Assembly (NCBI GenBank): GCA_046301395.1
Contig: JBKCKE010000077.1
Span: 1 to 60,619 of the forward strand
Reading direction: 5' to 3'
DNA from: Verrucomicrobiota bacterium
GTDB lineage: Bacteria > Verrucomicrobiota > Verrucomicrobiia > Opitutales > UBA953
DNA length: 60,619 nucleotides
Shown: positions 33,093 through 42,087 of the stretch, piece by piece
Numbering within the stretch: the stretch's first letter is position 1
Layout: each line of letters begins with the position of its first letter
Made by a program: the position numbers and the translations under genes
The notes under the pieces: generated by a model
Seen by the model: the letters and a program-made list of their open reading frames with translations, nothing else
What the model was told of the DNA's origin: nothing
Databases searched by the model: none

Positions 33093-33911
33093 ATGTCAAA
33101 GAACAAGACCGTCGATGATTTCTTCAGGAGTTTTTCCGTGGTCATCATATCAGGGGCTTCTTCCGGGATCGGACGCGCGATACTCTCGCGTATCAGTAAT
33201 TCTGAGACCAAAGCGGCCGTGTTCAACCTTTCCCGTACCGCTCCGGAAGGCGTCCCCAATTCCCTTAACTTCACTCACCTTACCTGCGACCTCTCGCAAC
33301 CCGCTGACATCGCGGCGGTTGTCTCCGAATTACGGAAACTAATGCCCAGCGAAGGCAGGATGCTACTGATTAATAATAGCGGCTTCGGCGCCTACGGAGA
33401 GTTTCCGGCGCCTGGCGTCGACCACACCTTGAAGATGATCGACGTCAACGTGCGCGCGCCGGTCGAACTGACGGGACGTCTCTGGGATGAGCTCAAAGCG
33501 CGCGGCGGCCAGGTCGCGAACGTCGCCTCACTCGCGGGCTTCCAGCCCACGCCGCTGATGACGACGTATGCGGCGACGAAATCCTTCCTGCTCGACTGGA
33601 GCGTCGCGCTCGACGCCGAAGCCAAGCGTCACGGTATCCGTTGCGTGGCGATCTGCCCGGGCCCGGTCTCGACGAATTTCTCCAAGGCCGCCGGCTTCGC
33701 GAGCTCGACCGGCCTCGGCGGCCAGACCTCGGACGAGTGCGCCGACGAGGCCGTGCGCGGCATGGCGGCCGCGCGACCGGTGGTGGTCACCGGCTGGAAG
33801 CACAAGGTACTCGCCGTGTTCTCGGCGCGCCTGCCCAAACCCTGGGCGGCCGCGATCGGGCTGCGCATGATCCAGCGCCTGAGGCTGGACCGCTTCGTGA
33901 AGCAGGCCTGA
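33093..33911 (+). CDS. Short-chain dehydrogenase/reductase (SDR)
   Basis: ISGASSGIGRA (TGxxxGxG) and the YAATK catalytic motif. Confidence 0.85.
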   Translation: MSKNKTVDDFFRSFSVVIISGASSGIGRAILSRISNSETKAAVFNLSRTAPEGVPNSLNFTHLTCDLSQPADIAAVVSELRKLMPSEGRMLLINNSGFGAYGEFPAPGVDHTLKMIDVNVRAPVELTGRLWDELKARGGQVANVASLAGFQPTPLMTTYAATKSFLLDWSVALDAEAKRHGIRCVAICPGPVSTNFSKAAGFASSTGLGGQTSDECADEAVRGMAAARPVVVTGWKHKVLAVFSARLPKPWAAAIGLRMIQRLRLDRFVKQA

Positions 33912-33913
33912 GC

Positions 33914-35575
33914 CTACTTCGCGCCGTCGAGCAGTTCGCGGGCGTGCGAGAGCGCGACCTTGCTGGCGCGATCGCCGAGCATACGCGCCAACTCTGACTC
34001 GCGGTCCTTACGCTTGCCGTGGACCGGGGCGATCTCGACCGTCGTCGACTTGTCGTCCTGCGTCTTGGTCACGACGAGGTGGGCATGACCGAGGGCGGCG
34101 ACCTGCGGGAGGTGCGTCACGCAGAAGACCTGATGGCCCTTGCCGAGCGCGGCGAGTTCGCGGCCGACCTGTGCGCCGATCTCCCCGCCGACGTTGGCGT
34201 CGACCTCGTCGAAGACCAGGACCGGGGTGCGGTCGACGGCGGCGAGCACGGTCTTGAGGGCGAGCATCACGCGGGCGGCTTCACCGCTGGAGGCGATCTG
34301 GTCGAGCGGCAGGAGATCCTGGCCGGCGTTGGGGCAGAAAAGGAAGCGGACCGCGTCGGCGCCATGCGGGCCGAGCTCCGCGACGGCGACCTCGATCCGG
34401 AGGTCGGCCTTCTTGAAGCCCAGTGAACCGAGCATCTTGCGGGCGGCGGCGGCGAGCTTGTCGGCGGCCTTAGTGCGGGCGGCACGGAGAGCATCGGCCT
34501 GCTTCCGCAGGTCTTTCTCCACCTTGGCGGCCTCCGCCTTCAGTTTCGCGACGCGGGCTTCGACGTCGCCTTGCGAGGCGAGCCGGCGGCGGAGCGCCTC
34601 GCGCTTTTCGCGGACGGAATCGGCGCCGGGGCCGTACTTGCGACGGAACTCCAGCCAGAGGTTCATCTTGCCGTCGAGCTCGGCGGCGGACTCGTCGTCG
34701 GCGGAAAGTCCGCGTCCCAGACGCGCGAAGTCGGCGCGGATGTCTTCCGCTTCGGCCGCGAGCGAGTTCAGGCGGTCGCGCAGGGCGGAAGCTTCTTCGT
34801 CGATGCGGGCGACGTCATCGCCAGCCTTGAGGAGCTTCGGCAAGACTTCGCCCAGCCCGTCGGAGCCGAGACCGGCTTCGAGCTGACCGAGCAAGGCCGC
34901 AAGTTCTTGGGCGCGAGAGGAACGGGCGTGATCGCGTTCCAGCTTGGTGATGGCCTCTTCGGAGAGATCGAGCGAATCGAGTTTCTCCAGCTGCGAGCGC
35001 AGGAAGGCCTCTTCGTCTTCGGAGAGGCGTTCGGCCGTGGCGGCTTCGGCGGCTTCGCGGAGCAGCTCGTTGCGCTGACGCCAGCCGGCGCGGTAGGTCG
35101 CAAGCGGAGCGGCCAGGCCCGCGTGCAGGTCGAGCATCTCGAGCTGCGTCTCGGCGCGCATCAGCTTCTGCGGTTCGCCCGGGCCGTGGAAATCGATCCA
35201 CAGCTCGCCGAGCTGCTGGAGCTGCGTGAGGGTTGCCGAACCGCCATTGATGGAGATGCGGCCCGCCTTGGTGGCGTGGACGGAACGCTTGAGGATGAGC
35301 AGCCCATCGTCGCAGGCCGGCAGGTCGAGGGCCTTCAGCGCCTCGTCGAAACGCTTGTCGCCGTCGGTCTCGAGTTCGGCTTCGACCACGCACTCTTCGG
35401 CGCCTTTGCGGACGATCGTCTTGGGGGCGCGATTGCCGGCGAGGAGCGAAAGCGCGCCGAGCAGCACGGACTTGCCGGCACCGGTCTCACCCGTGACCAC
35501 GGTGAAGCCCGCGCCCAGTTCGAGCGAGGTGCGGTCCATCAGGGCGAGGTCGCGGATTTGGAGGCGGCGGATCAT
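33914..35575 (-). CDS. recN: DNA repair protein RecN
   Basis: The Met at 35575 gives MIRRLQIRDLALMD...GETGAGKS. The C-terminus has DEVDANVGG. Confidence 0.9.
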   Translation of the reverse strand: MIRRLQIRDLALMDRTSLELGAGFTVVTGETGAGKSVLLGALSLLAGNRAPKTIVRKGAEECVVEAELETDGDKRFDEALKALDLPACDDGLLILKRSVHATKAGRISINGGSATLTQLQQLGELWIDFHGPGEPQKLMRAETQLEMLDLHAGLAAPLATYRAGWRQRNELLREAAEAATAERLSEDEEAFLRSQLEKLDSLDLSEEAITKLERDHARSSRAQELAALLGQLEAGLGSDGLGEVLPKLLKAGDDVARIDEEASALRDRLNSLAAEAEDIRADFARLGRGLSADDESAAELDGKMNLWLEFRRKYGPGADSVREKREALRRRLASQGDVEARVAKLKAEAAKVEKDLRKQADALRAARTKAADKLAAAARKMLGSLGFKKADLRIEVAVAELGPHGADAVRFLFCPNAGQDLLPLDQIASSGEAARVMLALKTVLAAVDRTPVLVFDEVDANVGGEIGAQVGRELAALGKGHQVFCVTHLPQVAALGHAHLVVTKTQDDKSTTVEIAPVHGKRKDRESELARMLGDRASKVALSHARELLDGAK

Positions 35576-36270
35576 GCGGAAGGCCGGCTGCCGAACAAAG
35601 CGGAGCCGACGCGGACACAAGTAGAACCTGCGGCGACCGCGGATTCAAGGTCTCCGCTCATCCCCATCGATAATTCCGGGAGCGCCACGCCGAAGCGGGT
35701 GGCGAGGGCGTCGCGGCAGAGACGGAGCTCGGCGAAGGTGCGGTCGGCGACCGCGGGATCGTCGGACAGCGGCGCGATGGCCATCAGGCCTTTCACGACG
35801 AGCGCGGGTTGGGCCAAGGCCGCCTCGAGGAGCCGGGGGGCGTCCGCCAGGTCGCAGCCGAACTTCGCCGGATCGTCGCCGGAGTTGACCTGGATGAGTA
35901 CTTCGCGGCGCAGGCCCATCTCGCCGGCCAGGCGACCGAGCCGGGTGGCGAGTTCAGGGGAGTCGACGCTCTGGATGACGTCGAAAGCCTGCAGGGCCTG
36001 CTTGGCCTTGTTGGACTGCAGGTGGCCGATCAGCTCCCAGCGGAGGTCGGCCGGGGCCAGGGGGCGCTTCTGGGCGGCTTCTTGGACCCGATTCTCGCCG
36101 ACGGCCCGCAGACCGAAGCCATAGGCCAGCAAAGCGGCCTCGACCGGGTGGGTCTTGGTCACCGGCAGCAGGCGGACGGAGGCCGGGTCGCGGCCGGAAA
36201 GGACGCAAGCGGCCTGGATGCGGGCCAGCACCCCCTCGCAATGGGCCTTGAATTGGTCGGAGGTGACCAT
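35572..36270 (-). CDS. yggS: YggS-family PLP homeostasis protein
   Basis: The Met at 36270. VRLLPVTKTHP carries the PLP lysine. The stop overlaps the recN start (ATGA). Confidence 0.8.
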   Translation of the reverse strand: MVTSDQFKAHCEGVLARIQAACVLSGRDPASVRLLPVTKTHPVEAALLAYGFGLRAVGENRVQEAAQKRPLAPADLRWELIGHLQSNKAKQALQAFDVIQSVDSPELATRLGRLAGEMGLRREVLIQVNSGDDPAKFGCDLADAPRLLEAALAQPALVVKGLMAIAPLSDDPAVADRTFAELRLCRDALATRFGVALPELSMGMSGDLESAVAAGSTCVRVGSALFGSRPSA

Positions 36271-36379
36271 TTCCACCAGAGGGAGGGAGAACGGGCTGGG
36301 AGTCAACCAACGGGCTTCCCTAGCCCGCCCGGGCGGGCCCCTCTCAGGATTAGCAGGTCTACACTTGAAGGCCTTCGCC

Positions 36380-36394
36380 ATTAGTTTTATTAAT
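36380..36394. promoter_or_regulatory. ATTA-N7-TAAT inverted repeat (LysR-type T-N11-A-like box) in an AT-rich island
   Basis: ATTAGTTTTATTAAT lies 19 nt upstream of the LysR-family gene start, within the divergent yggS/LysR spacer. Confidence 0.3.
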
Positions 36395-36412
36395 CATCCT
36401 GACTATCCTTCC

Positions 36413-37312
36413 ATGCACATCGAGAACCTGAAGATCTTCCGCGACCTCGTGGACAACGAAAGCTTCTCCAAGGCCGCCAAACTCAATGCCATCACCCAGT
36501 CAGCCGTCAGCCAGCAACTGCGCTCGATGGAGAAGCATTTCAATGTCCTGATCGTCGACCGCAGCCAGAAGCAGTTCCGGCTGACGCGCGAGGGCCGGAG
36601 CCTCTACGAGGCCGCCAAGGACATCCTCAACCGCTACGAACAGGTCGGCAGCGAGATGCAGGAGATGCGCAAGGTCGTCAGCGGCACCGTCCACATCTCG
36701 ACCATCGTCTCCATCGGCCTGCACGAACTGCCTCCGCACGTGAAGTCGTTCATGCAGGAGTTCCCGCACGTCAACGTGCGCGTCGAATACCGCCGTTCGA
36801 ACCTCGTCTACGAAGACGTGATCTCCAACGCCGTGGACTTCGGCCTCGTCGCCTTCCCGCAGAAGACCCGCCAGGTCGAGATCATCCCGCTCATGGAAGA
36901 CCAGCTCGTCGCCATCTGCTCACCGAAGCACAAGCTCGCGACGAAGAAGGAGATCGACCTCGCCGACCTCCAAGGAGGCAAGTTCATCGGCTTCGACCAA
37001 GACATCCCGACGCGCAAGGCGCTGGACCAGTTCTTCCGCGAGCAGCGCATCGAGCTCGAGCCTTCGATGGAATTCGACAACATCGAGACGCTCAAGCGCG
37101 CGGTGGAAGTCGACGCCGGCGTGGCGCTCGTGCCCGAAGGCACCATCCGGCAGGAAGTCGAGCAAGGCACGCTCGTCATGCTCCGCCTGCGCGACCGCCG
37201 CGTGGCGCGCCCGCTGGCCATCCTGCACCGCAAGGGCCGCGTGCTGACGCCGGCCATGAAGCGCTTCATGGCGCACCTCATGAACAGCGCCGGCGGCAAG
37301 CCCGCGGCCTGA
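36413..37312 (+). CDS. LysR-family transcriptional regulator
   Basis: The Met at 36413. The HTH is FSKAAKLNAITQSAVSQQLRSMEKHF, followed by a substrate-binding domain. Confidence 0.9.
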   Translation: MHIENLKIFRDLVDNESFSKAAKLNAITQSAVSQQLRSMEKHFNVLIVDRSQKQFRLTREGRSLYEAAKDILNRYEQVGSEMQEMRKVVSGTVHISTIVSIGLHELPPHVKSFMQEFPHVNVRVEYRRSNLVYEDVISNAVDFGLVAFPQKTRQVEIIPLMEDQLVAICSPKHKLATKKEIDLADLQGGKFIGFDQDIPTRKALDQFFREQRIELEPSMEFDNIETLKRAVEVDAGVALVPEGTIRQEVEQGTLVMLRLRDRRVARPLAILHRKGRVLTPAMKRFMAHLMNSAGGKPAA

Positions 37313-37909
37313 TCAGACCCGCTGACGGGCTTCCCGGGCCGCCACGGCGAAACCCGGGAGCGCCTGCGCGCCCAGCATGCCTAGGCCCAGCCAGAGCATC
37401 GCTTCGCTCGCCGGCGCGCGGAGGGCGGTCGCGGCCAGACCCCACCAAAGGAGCGCCCCGACGAGCGGAGGCCAGGCACGGCGCAGGGCGGCCCGCGCGA
37501 GCGACCACGAGCCGAGGAGCGCGGCTCCGAGCGCGGCGGCCACCGGAGCTTCGATCGCGCCGAGCGCGAAGCGGGCATAGGCGACGAAGCCGAGCGAGAC
37601 CAGCAGGCCTCCGAGCACGGCCGCATTGACGCGGAAGTGCGTGGGAAGGAGATAGAGCTTCACGCGGTGCGCGTGCAGATAATAGAGCGAGGCCACCGTG
37701 CCCATCACGAGGGTCAAGGTCCAGACGTAGAAAGCTCCGCTGACCGGGATCGAGTACTGCGTGATCGCCCACTGGGCGAGGAAGCACTTGGCCAGGATGA
37801 GCGACCAGATCGCTCCCAGCCGGTCCGTGACCAAGGCCTCGCGGTAGGCCCGCTCCACGGAGAGGGCGAGTTCGGTTTCTTGGACGGGCGGAAGGGACGT
37901 GGCGGCCAT
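37313..37909 (-). CDS. Polytopic membrane protein, function unknown
   Basis: 198-aa ORF with five or six hydrophobic segments. It follows the 37916..39364 gene with a 6-nt gap. Confidence 0.5.
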   Translation of the reverse strand: MAATSLPPVQETELALSVERAYREALVTDRLGAIWSLILAKCFLAQWAITQYSIPVSGAFYVWTLTLVMGTVASLYYLHAHRVKLYLLPTHFRVNAAVLGGLLVSLGFVAYARFALGAIEAPVAAALGAALLGSWSLARAALRRAWPPLVGALLWWGLAATALRAPASEAMLWLGLGMLGAQALPGFAVAAREARQRV

Positions 37910-37915
37910 GGCGGG

Positions 37916-39364
37916 CTATCTAGCCCACAACTTGAGGCTTCGGATCGCGACCGCAACCGACGGAGGCACTTCCTGGTCCCAGCCCGGCACGCCCTTGCGG
38001 ATACGTTCGGCCAAAGTGCGCGGCTGGCAGGCCATCGCGACGGGGTCCGCCCCGGTGATCGGCACGAGGAAACCGTTATTCAGGAGGTGCTGGAAAAGAC
38101 CCGCGACGGACGGACGCATCTGGATGTCCGAAGCCGTGACCACGGAATCCTCGGCGATGCGGTAGCTCTCCGGGAAGCAGACCTTGCAGGCCACGGGATC
38201 GAGGATGAGGCGGCGCAGCTGGTCGCCGAGCATCGGATAGACCATGACGCGGACACCGTCCTTGAAGAGTCTTCCGCAAGATTCCAGCACGCCGCCTTCG
38301 AGGTGCGTGTAGTGCTCCGGATTGAACAGATCCACGAGGTTGTTCATGCCCGCGACGAGCGTGATGCTGCCCGTGGTGTGCAGGCGGAAGTAAGCGGGCA
38401 GACGGTACCAGCCGCGGTGGCGGGTCACCAGCAAGGGGTGCTGCATGGCGCCGACGAGGCGGATGCGGTCGATGAGCTCGGCCTCGGGATGAGGGTCGGA
38501 ACCGATGCACATCTCGAAGAGCGCGAGCACGTCCTTGCCGCCGTCCGGCAGGGCGCGGAGGCCGCAGGCCAGCATGTCTTCGTTGACGAGGGAGACCGGG
38601 CGGAAGGTGCCGCGCGCGACGAGCACCGAACGCTTGTAGAAATATTCGCTGGGGACCTGCGGGTCGCCTTCGGGACCGAAGAGCACCGCATCCGTGAGGC
38701 CGAGCCGCACGAGCCGCAAGGCCGCGGCGCGGTTGTCGAAGGCGCCGAACGCCGGGCCGCTGAAGTGGGCGAACTCGATCTCGACGCGGCCGGCGCCGAC
38801 CTCGTCGACGAGCGCCGTGAGGAAGTTGTCGACGCTGTCGCGGGTGTTGAGGGCGGCGTGGACCAGGTTGACCCCGACCGCGCCGAGCGCGTCCTGCTGG
38901 CGGCCCGCGTCCTTGTCCCAGAGGCGGAGGTGGAGGATGACCTCGCTCGGCTCGGAGCCCGGCTGGTCCTGGAAGCGGATCCCGATCCAGGAATGCCCCT
39001 GGCCCTTGCCGTCATGCGGCGTCGTCGCGACCGTGTCGGCGAAGGCGAAGAAACGGGTGGTCGCGCCGCGCTCGGCCTTCAGCCGGTCGACCAGCAGGCC
39101 GTACTCGTGATCGAGCATCTGCTCGAGGCGTTGCCGGGAGACGTAACGCTGCGGGTGGCCGTAGATGGCGTCGCTGATCCGCATGTCGTAGGCGGACATG
39201 CTCTTCGCCACGGTCCCCGAGGCGCCGCCCGCCTTGAAGAAGTGGCGGACGACCTCCTGGCCGGCGCCGATCTCGGCGAAGGCGCCGTAGGCGGAACGAT
39301 CCAGGTTGATGGCTAGGGCCTTGCGGGAGGTGCCGGCACCGGCCGATGACGTAGGCTCTGACAT
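37916..39364 (-). CDS. Conserved uncharacterised protein (INLD...YGxFAEIGAGQEV family)
   Basis: 482 aa. The N-terminal motif ALAINLDRSAYGAFAEIGAGQEVVRHFFKAGGASGTVAKSMSAYDM is one I recall from a widespread, inconsistently annotated family (recall only). Confidence 0.6.
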   Translation of the reverse strand: MSEPTSSAGAGTSRKALAINLDRSAYGAFAEIGAGQEVVRHFFKAGGASGTVAKSMSAYDMRISDAIYGHPQRYVSRQRLEQMLDHEYGLLVDRLKAERGATTRFFAFADTVATTPHDGKGQGHSWIGIRFQDQPGSEPSEVILHLRLWDKDAGRQQDALGAVGVNLVHAALNTRDSVDNFLTALVDEVGAGRVEIEFAHFSGPAFGAFDNRAAALRLVRLGLTDAVLFGPEGDPQVPSEYFYKRSVLVARGTFRPVSLVNEDMLACGLRALPDGGKDVLALFEMCIGSDPHPEAELIDRIRLVGAMQHPLLVTRHRGWYRLPAYFRLHTTGSITLVAGMNNLVDLFNPEHYTHLEGGVLESCGRLFKDGVRVMVYPMLGDQLRRLILDPVACKVCFPESYRIAEDSVVTASDIQMRPSVAGLFQHLLNNGFLVPITGADPVAMACQPRTLAERIRKGVPGWDQEVPPSVAVAIRSLKLWAR

Positions 39365-39486
39365 GACCTTAGATTAAGTCCGTCCGCCGAGAGGCATCGA
39401 GAGGAAACCGTTGGCTAAAAAATCCGCTTTGGATTGGCGAAAACAAGACAGGGAAGCATCATTTCAGCAACACCCCGCCCGCCACC

Positions 39487-41289
39487 ATGAAAGAATTCCT
39501 CAAGTCGGTCCTCGCCTCCGCCTTCGGCACGGTCCTCGCCTTGTTCATCGGCGCCTTCCTCCTCGTCGTGCTGCTGGTCGGGATGGCCAGCTCGGCCGGC
39601 GACGGCCAAGCCTCCGCGCATGTGGCCGTGAAACCGAAGACGATGCTCGTGGTCGGCGGCGGGCTCACGATCGAAGACACTCCCGAACACGGAGCGCCGG
39701 GCCTGGACGAACTGCTGTTCGGCGCGGCTGGTCCGCGCCTCGACCTCCTGCGCGCGCTCGAGGCGATCGACCTCGCGGCCAAGGACAAACAGATCGCCGG
39801 CATCCTGCTCAGCGGAGAGCTCTTCGCCGGGCTGACGCAGAAAGCCGAAATCCGCCGCGCGCTCGTCGCCTTCAAGAAAAGCGGCAAGCCGGTGATCGCC
39901 TGGGTCGAGAACGCCTCGCAAGGAGAATACTACCTGGCGAGCGTAGCGGACAAAGTCTACGCGCACGTCAGCGGCGAGGTCGAGTTCAAGGGGCTCGCCT
40001 CCTACAACATGTACTTCGGGGACACCCTCCGCCTCGCCGGCCTCGGCGTGCAGGTGACCAAGGTCGGTAAGTATAAGTCCGCCGTGGAACCTTACCTCGG
40101 AAGCACGATGAGCGCCGAGGCCAAGGAGCAGACCGAAGTCCTGATGAACGGCCTCTGGAAGCGCCTGCTCGCCGACGTGGCCCGTTCGCGCGGCCTCACG
40201 ACCGAACGCCTGACCAAGGTCGTCGAAAGCGGCGGCATCTTCGCGGCGCGCAAGGCCGTCGAACTCAAGCTCGTCGACGCCGTGCTGCATCGCGACGAAC
40301 TCGTGAGCCGGGTCCGCGAAGCGGGCGCGAGCGAGGACGACGCCGGCACCTCTTTCCGCCGCGTCGGCCTGCACCGTTACGCCCATAAGGTCGCCCTGCC
40401 CTCCCGTGGCGGCAAGATCGCCATCGTCTACGCCGAAGGAGAGATCGTGGACGGCTGGGGCGGGGCCGGCGAGATCGGCGGCGACCGGCTCGCCCACGAC
40501 TTGCGCTCGATTCGCGGTGACGACGATTTCAAGGCCGTGGTGCTCCGCGTCAACAGCCCCGGAGGCTCGGCTTTCGCCAGCGACGTCGTCGCCCGAGAAG
40601 TCTCCTTGCTCAAGAAGAAGGGCGTACCCGTGGTGGTCTCGATGGGCGACGTCGCCGCAAGCGGAGGCTACTACATCGCGGCGCCGGCCAGCCTGATCAT
40701 GGCGGACCTTTCCACCATCACCGGTTCGATCGGCGTGTTCGGCCTGTTCCTCAACTACGAAGACCTCGCCAAGAAGGTGCAGCTCGGCACCGACGGCGTG
40801 AAGACCGCGCGCTTCGCCGACCTGCTCTCCGATCATCGGCGCGCGACCCCGGAAGAACTCGCAGTCATCCAGTCCTCCGTCGACGGCGTCTACGAAGACT
40901 TCCTCGCCATCGTGGCCGCCGGCCGCGGACTCAAGCGAGACGGCGTACACGAGATCGCCCAAGGCCGCGTCTGGCTGGGCGAAGACGCCCGCGGCCTGAA
41001 ACTCGTCGATCAGTTGGGCGGCCTGCGCGATGCCCTCAAGGAGGCCAAGCGGCTGGCCAAACTTGATGACGCCGCTTGGGTCCAGGTGCCGGCCCTCCAC
41101 TCCGGCCGGGAGACCTTCCTGCAGCAGCTGCTCTCGGATGACGACGACCAGGCTCCCCTCTTCGCCAAGGTCTCCGGCGATCCCGCCAAGGATTTCCTGC
41201 GGGCCAACGCCCGCTGGCTGCGCGCGATCCGCGCCCTCAACGATCCCAAGGGCGTCTACCTTACCTGCCCCTTCGTCGCCCCGCGCTGA
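39487..41289 (+). CDS. sppA: Signal peptide peptidase SppA, 67K type
   Basis: 600 aa with an N-terminal TM segment, two S49 domains, and SMGDVAASGGYYIA. Confidence 0.9.
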   Translation: MKEFLKSVLASAFGTVLALFIGAFLLVVLLVGMASSAGDGQASAHVAVKPKTMLVVGGGLTIEDTPEHGAPGLDELLFGAAGPRLDLLRALEAIDLAAKDKQIAGILLSGELFAGLTQKAEIRRALVAFKKSGKPVIAWVENASQGEYYLASVADKVYAHVSGEVEFKGLASYNMYFGDTLRLAGLGVQVTKVGKYKSAVEPYLGSTMSAEAKEQTEVLMNGLWKRLLADVARSRGLTTERLTKVVESGGIFAARKAVELKLVDAVLHRDELVSRVREAGASEDDAGTSFRRVGLHRYAHKVALPSRGGKIAIVYAEGEIVDGWGGAGEIGGDRLAHDLRSIRGDDDFKAVVLRVNSPGGSAFASDVVAREVSLLKKKGVPVVVSMGDVAASGGYYIAAPASLIMADLSTITGSIGVFGLFLNYEDLAKKVQLGTDGVKTARFADLLSDHRRATPEELAVIQSSVDGVYEDFLAIVAAGRGLKRDGVHEIAQGRVWLGEDARGLKLVDQLGGLRDALKEAKRLAKLDDAAWVQVPALHSGRETFLQQLLSDDDDQAPLFAKVSGDPAKDFLRANARWLRAIRALNDPKGVYLTCPFVAPR

Positions 41290-41295
41290 GCCCGC

Positions 41296-42072
41296 TCAGG
41301 GCTTCTTGGGCATCTGCGCCTTGGCCTCCGGCATCCACTTGCGGAGCTGGGCCACGCGCGTGGCGTCGGCGGGATGGGTCGAGAAGAACTCCGGGGTCTT
41401 GCCGCCGTTACCCTTGCCGAAGCGCGTCCAGAAGGCCGGAGCGGCTTCCGGGTCTTAGCCGGCGCGGGCCATGAAGATGAGGCCGAGCCGGTCGGACTCC
41501 GACTCGTGGCTGCGGCTGAACGGCAGCAGGATGCCGAACTGCGCGCCGAGGCCGACCGCGGCCATCCAGGTGCCGCGGGTCTTGGCGGAGGAATCGCGCG
41601 TGGCTTCGTCGGCGACGGCGGCGGCGATCGCGACACCCATGGTCTGGGAGACGCGCTCGGAGCCGTGACGGCAGATGACGTGCGCGACCTCGTGGCCCAT
41701 GATCACGGCGAGATCGTCGTCCGTCGGCGCGAAGGCGAACATGCCGGTGTGGAAGCCGATCTTGCCGCCCGGCATCGCGAACGCGTTGGGCGACTTGTCG
41801 TCGATGACCGCGAATTCCCAGCGGGAAGCGGGCGGCAGGACGCCGGCCTTGTCGTCGCGGCGGGCGGCGGCGACGATCTTCAGGCCGATCTCACGGAGCT
41901 TCGGCAGACGCGGGTCGGCCGGAAGCTTCTTCATCTTCGCGAACTCGGTGGCCGAAAGCGCCGCCACTTCGCCCTCGTCGACGAGGATGAACTGCGAACG
42001 GCCGGTGACCGGGACTTGCTGGCAGCCGACGATCGCCAGGGATGAGAGAAGCAGGAGCAGGTGCAGACGCAT
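41296..42072 (-). pseudogene. M48-family zinc metallopeptidase lipoprotein interrupted by one in-frame TAA
   Basis: The track ORF 41455..42072 (lipobox LAIVGCQ; HEVAH; HESESD) ends at a TAA (41457-41455). The same frame continues DPEAAPAFWTRFGK...PEFFSTHPADATRVAQLRKWMPEAKAQMPKKP* to 41296. The stop sits where the family has Tyr (AG-Y-DP). Confidence 0.75.
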
Positions 42073-42087
42073 GGCGGACAGGGGAAA

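Noticed and set aside
41455-41457. Possibility that the in-frame TAA in the M48 gene reflects stop-codon reassignment or programmed readthrough.
   Set aside because: TAA is used as an ordinary terminator by neighbouring genes, for example hpf and the ACP gene. I see no recoding signal. A point mutation or base-call error is simpler.
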